A stretch of DNA of 46,485 nucleotides from Bdellovibrionota bacterium FG-2. Its GTDB lineage: Bacteria > Bdellovibrionota > UBA1018. The stretch is taken from positions 1 to 46,485 of the forward strand of contig JBBCAV010000040.1 in NCBI GenBank assembly GCA_051382305.1. The letters run 5' to 3'. This document shows positions 38,194-46,485 of this stretch, piece after piece. Both the position numbers and the translations under genes were made by a program. How positions within the stretch are numbered: the stretch's first letter is position 1; the number at the start of each line of letters is the position of its first letter. The notes beneath the pieces were generated by a model. It was given only the letters and a program-made list of their open reading frames with translations. It made no database searches and was not told the origin of the DNA.

Positions 38194-38928
38194 TTAGAAA
38201 AACACCATTAACATCGAGGCATTATCATCGAATTGACGGTTTTTGAGATAATTTTCGACCGCCTCAGGCCTAGGAGACTTCTGCAAAATCTCCCAAATCT
38301 GGTCCCGAACCTCGGGCCCCACGCCATCGGTGTGAAGAAGCAAGAAGTCCCCCTCCTTTACACGGTATTCAAAAATTTCGGGTTCAAGATCAGAGGTAAT
38401 TCCGCAGGCCATTAAAGGGACCTGGCGAGCGGGATCCATATCCTGCCCTGAAGGATCGCAAAGTCGCGCATAAGTCCGGGGCGTGAAAAGCTCACAAAGT
38501 GCATTGCCCCTAAAAATCCAAGCCCCACACCCCCCGACATTGGCAATGGCCAGAAGATCTCCATCCATATACGCCGCCAAAACCGAAGCGCCCCCGCGTT
38601 CGTGGACACCCTTACCCTTGTTTCGGAGATTAAGCTGACGGTTTGCGTGAATCAGTGAATTGAACAGCACATTGCCTGCGAGCGAATAATAAGAACGCAA
38701 AACAAAGGGAAGCGTGGCTTCGCGATCTCCCGCCTCTTTGATAAGGAAACTTCTCACCGACTCACAAGCCAAACGAGAGGCTTCAACCCCCGGCCCGGGC
38801 CCCCCAAAGCCATCAGCCATTACAAAAATCTTTCGATCCTTGTCAAAAAAAGCATGGTCTTCTTGCGCCAAACGCTGGCCCGGATGAGAAAAATTTGAAA
38901 TCGCGCGAATCGTTTTCCCTGAACTCAT
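38194..38928 (-). CDS. PP2C-family Ser/Thr phosphatase (divergent)
   Basis: R..QED, ADGFGG...G..AS..A, TDG, DDNAS motifs. Confidence 0.85.
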   Translation of the reverse strand: MSSGKTIRAISNFSHPGQRLAQEDHAFFDKDRKIFVMADGFGGPGPGVEASRLACESVRSFLIKEAGDREATLPFVLRSYYSLAGNVLFNSLIHANRQLNLRNKGKGVHERGGASVLAAYMDGDLLAIANVGGCGAWIFRGNALCELFTPRTYARLCDPSGQDMDPARQVPLMACGITSDLEPEIFEYRVKEGDFLLLHTDGVGPEVRDQIWEILQKSPRPEAVENYLKNRQFDDNASMLMVFF

Positions 38929-41216
38929 TGGGGCGCATCATCCTTTCTGAAATAATTGGCGAGTTTGCGTTGCGCGCGTTCATGATAAACATCATCATTC
39001 GGAGCGACTTCTAAAACTTCATGAAACTTCTTACGCGCCGTCGTAAAGTCACTGTAACTCTCAGCAAGCACGGCTTCCGTGTAAATCCCCTTGGCGCGCC
39101 CATGCAGCACCCCTCGGATTCGCTCCATCCCCGCATACCCTTCTTTATGAGGAGGATCAATGTGCGTCGCCTTCTTAAACAGGGCAAAAGCCTTGGGCAG
39201 ATCTCCCGACGTTTCTAAACCTTGAGCCTCTTTCAATACAGGATCTCGGAGATCACGAATCGCCTGTCTGCACCCCTGAATCATCGCCTTGGCCTGTGTA
39301 TGCACTTTCTTATCAGACGCTCCGACATCAATTGCTTTTTGGAAAACTTCGATTGCTGAATGGAACTTTCCGACCTTACGCAAAGCCATCGCTTCTCTAT
39401 AAACGTCCCAGGCGTGCTTATTAATGTCCGTTTGTACCTGCTTCTGCATCTCCTCTTGTTTCGTCTGTTCTTCAAAGGCCTCGATCTCCTTGCGCCAGCC
39501 TGCGATCAAGGTATTGTCCGGATCAATCTCCAAGACCTGCGCAAAAAGCTCCTTTGCTTGCTCGTATTGCTTCTTGCCCATACGGCTCCGAGTTTCATCT
39601 ACCAATTGCGCAATTCGAACTCTGAGCTTGGCCTCATCTTCTTTCTTTCGCTTTTCATCTTCAAAAGCATCCAGCTTACGTTTGCCCTCTTTCGCATATC
39701 GCTCGATTTCACGCGAATCCTTATAATCAGAAATAAGGGCAAAGATCTTGCCAATTTCGAACAGTGATTTGTCGTATTCCCTATTGCGATAATAATCAAA
39801 CGCCAGCGCATGCTGGCTTTCAACAAAACGTTTCTGCTCTGGCGTAAGATTTTCAAAAGCGGGCGTATTGTTCGCCAGCGGTCCGGGCGAGGCCTGAGTC
39901 TTCGACCTATCAATTGCAGCCTTCTTGGCCCCCTTGGCTGGAGCGGCCTTTTCTTCTTCATCAAAAAACAACATATAGCCGCCCACAATCACCACTAAGA
40001 TGATGAGGTACTGCCGGGGTTTTGGGAGTGCACGAAACTTCTCCAGCAGCTTTCCTTTTCCGGCGGAACCGCCCACTCCCCCAATCCCTGTAAAGCCCGG
40101 GAGGGTTCCCATGCCGGCGCCCATCGGCGCCGCGGCCATTTCTGAAGCCGGATTTTGGGCCTGCTCAAATGGCGCGCTGTTAAGCGCGCCATACGGCGCA
40201 TCTTGCGAAGCCTCTTGTAAAACCTCTGGCTCCGCCTCTTCAATTTGATCTGAAACGGCCATGAAATTTTGTTCCTGAGCCGCATAATCAAGACTGAGGG
40301 CCTTAAACACAAACTCCACCGCACCAATTCGAATGCGATCCTCGCCCGAAAGTTCGTGTTCTCGAACTTGATGGCCATTCACATACGTTCCATTGGCGGA
40401 ATCCAAATCCCGAATCACAAAGTTCAGCCCCGCACGCAAAACGATGGCGTGCCTGCGCGAAGCCTTCTTCTCGTTTAGAACAATCGTACACTCACTCCCA
40501 CGCCCGATCGTTACTTCATCACTTGAAAGCTCATACTCGGTTACGTTAGCCGTCCCCGGCGAGAAAACGAGCTTAACCATCACCTTAGGCGCTACGTTAA
40601 CTTTAGTCTTTCCATCCTCGCTCACATCGCCAGCATCAAGATCTACAGAAGGGCTCTCAGAATTCGCCTGTGCCGACGCATCCTCGGCCAACGCAACCTG
40701 GCCCTCGTCACCCTCTGGGGAGGAATCCGCGGGTGGCGCAAAAGGATCCGCCTCTTCTCCTAACGCTTCATCTTTTGCTAAAGCCACTGCCTCACCGTTC
40801 TCTTCAACCAACTCCAAATCGCGAGGAGGTAGGTCTGCGGCCTCTGGGTGAGAATCCATCGCCACCGTAGGCGCAACCGTGGACGCGACCATCCCTCCCC
40901 CCGGAGAATCCTGAGCCCCCCCAGAGTTCAAAGACACGCGAACCCAATACGAACCCAGCATCAGTAAATCGCCGTCTTTGAGCACGGCTTCAACACACTC
41001 CACTCCATTAACACTCATTGGAGCAAACTCACTCTTGCGCTGAACTTGCACACCTCCTGCCACTGGACGAAAAGAGACATGCTCACGTGAAATCGCGCGA
41101 TCGTCGATTCGAATCGAACACTCCTCATTTCGGCCTAAAATGGACTCTCCTTCAAGAGAAACACTCCGTAGCGTCTCCCCATCTTTGAGAATCGTAAGAA
41201 GTGGCGCGTGACTCAT
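38925..41216 (-). CDS. Tandem-FHA, single-TM, TPR-like protein
   Basis: GRNEEC...ISREH; GRGSEC...ASRRHA...SANGTYVNG; acidic linker; TM; helical repeats. Confidence 0.88.
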   Translation of the reverse strand: MSHAPLLTILKDGETLRSVSLEGESILGRNEECSIRIDDRAISREHVSFRPVAGGVQVQRKSEFAPMSVNGVECVEAVLKDGDLLMLGSYWVRVSLNSGGAQDSPGGGMVASTVAPTVAMDSHPEAADLPPRDLELVEENGEAVALAKDEALGEEADPFAPPADSSPEGDEGQVALAEDASAQANSESPSVDLDAGDVSEDGKTKVNVAPKVMVKLVFSPGTANVTEYELSSDEVTIGRGSECTIVLNEKKASRRHAIVLRAGLNFVIRDLDSANGTYVNGHQVREHELSGEDRIRIGAVEFVFKALSLDYAAQEQNFMAVSDQIEEAEPEVLQEASQDAPYGALNSAPFEQAQNPASEMAAAPMGAGMGTLPGFTGIGGVGGSAGKGKLLEKFRALPKPRQYLIILVVIVGGYMLFFDEEEKAAPAKGAKKAAIDRSKTQASPGPLANNTPAFENLTPEQKRFVESQHALAFDYYRNREYDKSLFEIGKIFALISDYKDSREIERYAKEGKRKLDAFEDEKRKKEDEAKLRVRIAQLVDETRSRMGKKQYEQAKELFAQVLEIDPDNTLIAGWRKEIEAFEEQTKQEEMQKQVQTDINKHAWDVYREAMALRKVGKFHSAIEVFQKAIDVGASDKKVHTQAKAMIQGCRQAIRDLRDPVLKEAQGLETSGDLPKAFALFKKATHIDPPHKEGYAGMERIRGVLHGRAKGIYTEAVLAESYSDFTTARKKFHEVLEVAPNDDVYHERAQRKLANYFRKDDAPQ

Positions 41217-42286
41217 CCGCCCTTACCTCCTTCAGAAAAATTCCCATCCCGCATCGCTTTGATCACCCTCTCAAGCTGCTCCGTCGCTTCAAGATAACTC
41301 GCATGCGTTTGGTCCCGGTAGAGCAGCCGCTGAATCGTTTCAAAATGTGCTTTGGATTCCTTCAGGCGCCCCCCCTCAAAGCTCTTTCGTCCCCGCTCGA
41401 GATGAAACTTCACCTCGTCGCTAATTTGTTTTTCACTGTTTTCAAGATAGAGGGGGGCCAACTGATGGCCCGGAAAAACTTGCAAAGCCGTTTCAAAATT
41501 ACCTTTCGCCCGCAGAAAGTTTTTTTCACGATATTCCCTGAAACCCAGCTTAAAGAAAGTTTCGGCTTGCCTCTCCGCTTCGTTCATCGCATCCCCACCG
41601 GCGCCAGGAAGATACGAAGCAAGATTGCGCTCCTCTTGCGCAGAAGTTTTCTTTGCCTTAGGCTTCTTCGGCGCCTTGTCTTCCATCCCAAAGAGCATGA
41701 AGAGCCCGAGTGCCGCCGCGCCGATCAAAAGAAGACGTTTGGGATCTTTGGCTTTTACCGCCCCTGCACCAGCCCCGCCCACACCTATACCCGCCACGGA
41801 CATCGATGCAGCAGCAGGCGCCGGTCCCATTTTTCCAAGGCTGCGAACTCGCTCACGTTGCGCCTTCATCGCTTCGTCTTGCACCCGGGCCAGCGCCTGA
41901 TTCGAATTCGTGCGAGCAGGCGCTTGCAATACGAGCGTTCCCGCCTCCGCCGCCACAAACTCCAGCATCGTTTCGCCGAGCGTGATCGTATCTCCAGTCT
42001 GTAAAAAGGCCCCCCGCGAAGGTTTGCCATTCAAGAGAATTCCATTGGAACTTCCCAAATCCTTCACACTCCAGCCCGTGCCCGAGTTAAAGACTTCGAC
42101 ATGTCTCCGCGAAGCCTTCAAATCAGGAACCACGACGTCACAGTCTTCGCCACGTCCCAAAACACAGCTCTCAGCTTTAATCACAAAAATCGCGCCCGAA
42201 TCAGCGCCCAGCACGATCTTAAGCCTCGCCCGCTCTTCGGGCTGCCTAGGAACCTGAGCATGCTTGAACTTCGTGGCGTTCCCCAT
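41213..42286 (-). CDS. FHA, TM, TPR-like protein
   Basis: LGRGEDCD.....ASRRH...DLGSSNG..LNG; TM; C-terminal TPR-like helices. Confidence 0.88.
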   Translation of the reverse strand: MGNATKFKHAQVPRQPEERARLKIVLGADSGAIFVIKAESCVLGRGEDCDVVVPDLKASRRHVEVFNSGTGWSVKDLGSSNGILLNGKPSRGAFLQTGDTITLGETMLEFVAAEAGTLVLQAPARTNSNQALARVQDEAMKAQRERVRSLGKMGPAPAAASMSVAGIGVGGAGAGAVKAKDPKRLLLIGAAALGLFMLFGMEDKAPKKPKAKKTSAQEERNLASYLPGAGGDAMNEAERQAETFFKLGFREYREKNFLRAKGNFETALQVFPGHQLAPLYLENSEKQISDEVKFHLERGRKSFEGGRLKESKAHFETIQRLLYRDQTHASYLEATEQLERVIKAMRDGNFSEGGKGG

Positions 42287-43929
42287 TAGCCTTCGTTCCT
42301 CGTTGTGGTAATTAAGTAACCCTTAGGCGCGTTCCCGCCCACGCCGTAAGCGGCGACATGCACGGTGTAGGTGATTCCCGAGAAATCATAATCCTCACTA
42401 ATGCCATCACTGCCCACCGCCGCTCGCTCGAAAAGATCTTTGAGAAAAATGCCAAGCGACTGATCTCGGGCGACGCTCGCGAAATCTTGCCCCACCGACC
42501 CGCTCTCACGAATGCCACTGATTTCCTCAAACATACTGTTGAGGTATTGAATCTTGTGGTGTGCATCGCAAACCACAAGTCCCAGTTTTGACACATTTCC
42601 TAACATGCGCATCGGGCCGATGACCTGATCCACCAGTGAGACTTCGTCCCCACCTCCCAAACCCATCCCAGTATTTTGGGCCCCTTTTGGAATGCGCTGT
42701 ATTGCGGCGTTGATATTTTCCCAAAGCGAAGAGAGTTCCTCAAATTTGAATTCTTGAGTGACTTGAGGGATCTCCCCCTTCAACGCTTTATCCATATCCT
42801 CATTGAGAATCAAAAAGGGTTTCAAAGTCAATCGATACAGAATCAGTAGGGCCAAGCCTCCAAGGATGCCCGTCAAAATGAGAGCTTCAGAATAGACCAT
42901 TCCCACTTCGCCAAGATCCGGCGTTGCAATCGAAGTATCAATAGAAACCACGGCCATCCCCACGACAACATTCTTGGCAAGCTGTGGATTCAAAATTTTC
43001 ACCGGCTCAACGGCAATAACCAAAGAAGAATCCCCTTGAGAAATTCCCGTTTCTCTCCCCTTTCGAAACAGATCGCGCGCCTTCACGGCCAAGACGGACT
43101 CTTCTCCCCCATTGAGATACTGGTTCATCCGAACCGCCGGCGCAAGAATGCGATTATCCAGATCGGTGAGTACAGCCACCCGGACCCCTTCAGCCGTCTC
43201 TGCGACCCCGACTTCGGTCTTTGTTTCTGCGCGCGCGGCTAGATAGGGGGCATTACGCTGCGCAATTTCCCGGGCCATGAAGGACGCACGCTTGAGCGTT
43301 TCTTTGATGATGGTCGAGCGGTTAGCCTCAATCAGGGGTTGAATCGTAAAGAGGAGAGTGCCCAACACAAAAGCCGAAAAAATCGCCACACACACAAAAC
43401 GCCACTGATGTTTCATGTGAAGACCGTAGAAAATAGGCATCACATGCTGATCAAAATACCAATTGAGCTTCGATTTAAAATCTTTGCCAGGACCTTCAAG
43501 AGTATGAACCGCTGAGGCGCCGCCTCCGACAGGCATGCCGGAAATCATGGATTGAGCGCCGCCGCCACCGCGTCCTCCCATGTCTGGAAATTGAAGCCCA
43601 GAAGAAAAGCCCGCAACCGACACCGGACGAGCTGCGCGCTTAATCGTTTCGGTGAGCTCAAAGGTAAAATCTCCGACCGTGACACGATCGCCTGTTTTCA
43701 GTTTTCGAAACTTAGTCAGCGCCCCGTTTACAAAAGTGCCATTGGAGCTTCCCTCGTCGCGAATCGCAATTTGTGCGCCTTCAAGTAAAAATACGCAGTG
43801 TCGTTTAGAAATCTTTGACGAAGAGAGGATAATAGAATTTCCCGACTGCCTCCCAATCGAAGTTTCTCCCTCTTTTACGGCGTAAGTGCTGCCGCGATTC
43901 GGGCCGGCAACGACGGTTAACTTAAACAT
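42286..43929 (-). CDS. FHA-domain membrane protein with periplasmic domain and C-terminal PAS-like region
   Basis: IGRQ..N.....ISKRH...SSNGTFVNG; two TM segments. Confidence 0.85.
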   Translation of the reverse strand: MFKLTVVAGPNRGSTYAVKEGETSIGRQSGNSIILSSSKISKRHCVFLLEGAQIAIRDEGSSNGTFVNGALTKFRKLKTGDRVTVGDFTFELTETIKRAARPVSVAGFSSGLQFPDMGGRGGGGAQSMISGMPVGGGASAVHTLEGPGKDFKSKLNWYFDQHVMPIFYGLHMKHQWRFVCVAIFSAFVLGTLLFTIQPLIEANRSTIIKETLKRASFMAREIAQRNAPYLAARAETKTEVGVAETAEGVRVAVLTDLDNRILAPAVRMNQYLNGGEESVLAVKARDLFRKGRETGISQGDSSLVIAVEPVKILNPQLAKNVVVGMAVVSIDTSIATPDLGEVGMVYSEALILTGILGGLALLILYRLTLKPFLILNEDMDKALKGEIPQVTQEFKFEELSSLWENINAAIQRIPKGAQNTGMGLGGGDEVSLVDQVIGPMRMLGNVSKLGLVVCDAHHKIQYLNSMFEEISGIRESGSVGQDFASVARDQSLGIFLKDLFERAAVGSDGISEDYDFSGITYTVHVAAYGVGGNAPKGYLITTTRNEG

Positions 43930-44339
43930 AACTCATCCCCTGCTCGTAGATCACATCGTTGAATAGTTCCCACGGGAAGCTCAAGCGTTGCATGAGCTTT
44001 CCAGTCATGAAGGGGGAGCAGCTTCCACGCTGGCACGTTTGCGCGCACCGTAGAAATCCGCCAGGATTTCTCCCCGTCTTCGCCTCTTGCGTTTTCACCC
44101 CTCCGAAGAAAAACAACATCCAGCGGAACACTCATGAACCACATATGGATGTCGTTGCACCGAGGAATAAGTAAACCCTCCCCCGGCTCCAACTGAGCTT
44201 TTCCGATCAAACCTCTGAGGCGACTCCAAAACGTCTCTGCCACAAAGCACCTATCGGTTATAACGAGCTGATTTCTTAGGTTTTGAATAAGAATTTGTGC
44301 ATTCCCCCTAATAATATTCCCTGGAACCCCGTACACCAT
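43917..44339 (-). CDS. DUF192-family protein (start uncertain)
   Basis: A.TFWSRLRGL.G......EGL....C..IHMWFM..PLDVVFL...LELP.G. Confidence 0.85.
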   Translation of the reverse strand: MVYGVPGNIIRGNAQILIQNLRNQLVITDRCFVAETFWSRLRGLIGKAQLEPGEGLLIPRCNDIHMWFMSVPLDVVFLRRGENARGEDGEKSWRISTVRANVPAWKLLPLHDWKAHATLELPVGTIQRCDLRAGDELCLS

Positions 44340-44433
44340 TAGTGTACCATATTAGACAACTAATAAGTCATTATTTTTCTACAGTTCGGGTAACCCTTTT
44401 CCGATAGGACTGAGGGAGGATCTAGGACCAAAA

Positions 44434-45360
44434 ATGATTAGTCTATTTGGAGACTCGCAAGTTGTTGTTTATGTTGCATATGCCCTGATCGGCTGGGGAG
44501 TTTTTCTCCTTGCCCGAATGCTTTTACAAGAAGAGCAGTCACGCGCCGCACAAGACAACCTTGCTGACGCAGGGAGTCGAAAAGCATCAAATCCGCTCGT
44601 AAAAATGACCCGCCCCTTCTTTACGCAATACGTCGCCCCCATGATCCGCGGGAAGTCTTTTTGGGATAATCAGCGCAAAAAATATAAACGGAAAATCATT
44701 GCAGCAGGACTCAAAGACGAACTCACTCCCGATGAATTTATTTCGTTTAAGCTGGTATTGATCATCTTTTTTCCCATTATCGGCGGCATTCTAAAAGCCG
44801 GCGACTTCATTGATGTCTCTCGAATGCTCATCTTGGGCTCGGGCATTGCCGGATGGTTTTATCCCGATATGTGGGTCAATGGCCGCATGAAGGCCCGACA
44901 AAAACAAATCCTTAAAGCGATGCCGTTTATCGTCGATCTATTGGCACTCTCCACCGAAGCCGGATTGGATTTTATCGGTGCGATCGGAAAAGTGGTTGAG
45001 AAAGCCAACCCCAGTCCCCTTGTTGAAGAATTTGGTCAACTTTTAAAAGAAATTCGGGTCGGCGCATCCCGCCAAGATGCCCTCCGCGAACTGGCGCTTC
45101 GAATCAACATGACCGAAATCAACTCCTTCATCGCAATCCTCATCTCAGCTGACCAAATGGGCGCCTCCATCGGGAAGATCTTGCGCCAACAATCTGAAAC
45201 AATCCGAAGCGAACGCATGGTTCGCGCTGAAAAAGCCGGGGCCATGGCCGCGCAGCAAATCCTGCTCCCTTTGGTGATTTTCATTTTGCCCGCCGTCATG
45301 CTCATGATCTTTGGGCCGTTTATTTTGTCGTATGTGAACGGGGGCGGCGGAGGGATTTAG
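44434..45360 (+). CDS. tadC: Tad pilus inner-membrane protein TadC
   Basis: PF.VDLLAL..EAGLDF..A, PL.EEF....EI..G..R..AL, ..GASI...LR.Q....R.ER..RAE..G......PL..FILP. Confidence 0.92.
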   Translation: MISLFGDSQVVVYVAYALIGWGVFLLARMLLQEEQSRAAQDNLADAGSRKASNPLVKMTRPFFTQYVAPMIRGKSFWDNQRKKYKRKIIAAGLKDELTPDEFISFKLVLIIFFPIIGGILKAGDFIDVSRMLILGSGIAGWFYPDMWVNGRMKARQKQILKAMPFIVDLLALSTEAGLDFIGAIGKVVEKANPSPLVEEFGQLLKEIRVGASRQDALRELALRINMTEINSFIAILISADQMGASIGKILRQQSETIRSERMVRAEKAGAMAAQQILLPLVIFILPAVMLMIFGPFILSYVNGGGGGI

Positions 45361-45662
45361 GGGTGCAACTTAGCCGCGGCGATTGTACCCACTAAAATAC
45401 CCAGAGCAAACAAACCACAACCGGCGAGCTTGTCCGAGCATTTGGTTTGCTCGCAAGGCAAACGCAAAAAGAAGCCAGGCACTACCATTCGACTAATAGC
45501 GAAAATAGAGGCAGCACCGATCAAAGCAGGGCTCCATCCGCTTAACTCTTCGTTTTTGCTTATTGCAAACAGCGCACCTCGTGAGGACGCAATTGAAACA
45601 AGTACTACAATTACGATGGCAACAAAAAAGACGGGTCATGTCTGCGTCTTTTCGGTTTCCAT
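45357..45662 (-). pseudogene. Possible small membrane-protein gene with an early nonsense codon
   Basis: ATG 45662; METEKTQT*(TGA 45638-45636)PVFFVAIVIVVLVS...LFALGILVGTIAAAKLHP*; three hydrophobic segments in one frame. Confidence 0.35.
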
Positions 45663-45745
45663 AAGTAATTCTAACGCCGAGACTTAAAATGACAACGGCT
45701 AAATGAGCCCATGCAAGCGTTCACGCTCCTGGAGTGGCCTATTGG

Positions 45746-46330
45746 TTAAGGCGGAGCACCGTCTGATTCAATACGCATGATCCGGTAGCCCTGGGCGAGA
45801 AGCGCTTTCATAGGCACTCCGGCCGCTTCGAAAAGATTCTTGATAAGATACCGACCCATGCCTCTGAAGTCTCGGCCGAAATGAACGATTCGAGTAAATG
45901 CCAGATGATCCCAAAACCCTCGCCCAGTTTCGTTTCTAATCAATGATGCGCCTTTCTTAGCGCCGGTAACGATGATTGCGATCCCACCGGCGAGCTCTCG
46001 CAAGAACCTTTTCCATATGATTCGTGACGGAACTTTTATCAAAAGATGAATGTGATTGCCCACGTTTGCGTAGCGATATAGCCGTATGCCCCAGCGTTTG
46101 GCGAGAGACTCTGTAAAGTCGTAGATATGATCGCAGTGTTTGGGGTGGAGCATTGAATTCGCTCCGCGAGCCATGGATGAGCGCAAAACGACATGAAGAG
46201 CTTGCTTGGGGTCGATCGGGCGCCTGATCTTACGCCTATTCTTGGTGTGATCCCCACCGTGGGAAATGTCTGCAGTCTTCGAATTGAATCCGGGCAAAAA
46301 GGATTGAGCTTTGACTCGCATGTTTTGCAA
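45746..46330 (-). CDS. Y1 (HUH) transposase, IS200/RAYT-like
   Basis: LHVVLRS, Y..VGNHIHLL (HUH), FW...FTRIV, Y...N catalytic helix. Confidence 0.8.
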   Translation of the reverse strand: MQNMRVKAQSFLPGFNSKTADISHGGDHTKNRRKIRRPIDPKQALHVVLRSSMARGANSMLHPKHCDHIYDFTESLAKRWGIRLYRYANVGNHIHLLIKVPSRIIWKRFLRELAGGIAIIVTGAKKGASLIRNETGRGFWDHLAFTRIVHFGRDFRGMGRYLIKNLFEAAGVPMKALLAQGYRIMRIESDGAPP

Positions 46331-46485
46331 TATATCACCAGGGCAATGGGTTTACAAGCGTATAAGCGAGTGGATATCAACGCTCATCCATAAATCCGCC
46401 TGGCCTACGTTTGGCAGAAACCGCAGCAACCGGCCTCACGCCCCGAGCCTCCCCCCCCCTCCCCCCCCCCTCCCCACCCCCTCCC

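Noticed and set aside
41201-42004. 267-aa plus-strand ORF and other long antisense ORFs across the Tad region
   Set aside because: Shadows of well-supported minus-strand genes.
46441-46485. C-rich tract (G-quadruplex-like on the minus strand)
   Set aside because: Lies at the very end of the sequence; most likely a low-quality contig-end homopolymer artefact.

Overview
Chromosomal segment of a predatory-type bacterium, most likely Bdellovibrionota; this assignment is inferred from a Tad/Flp pilus cluster with a YD-repeat gene, FHA/TPR genes and many Sec-secreted orphan proteins. From left to right: (1) the 5' end of an IS200/IS605 tnpA with its subterminal hairpin; (2) an ORF-less group II intron (471-1133) inserted inside the ATG start codon (AT|G) of a zinc-ribbon gene, which is 663 nt long, stop-free in the host frame and recreates ATG at both junctions; (3) a sigma54-driven small hydrophobic peptide gene with type I toxin-like mRNA architecture; (4) a Sec-exported ParB-like polymorphic toxin with a probable immunity gene; (5) housekeeping and lipoprotein genes, a KinB/AlgB-like sigma54 two-component system, a DksA-type protein and leucine-catabolism carboxylase genes; (6) signal-peptide-bearing GNAT and ParB-NadD proteins, an ABC-2 permease pseudogene and higBA; (7) a contiguous ~17 kb Tad/Kil-like predation locus containing a positional equivalent of the Bdellovibrio hit gene; (8) a Y1 (HUH) transposase at the right end. 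All calls come from motif reading and recall; no database searches were run.
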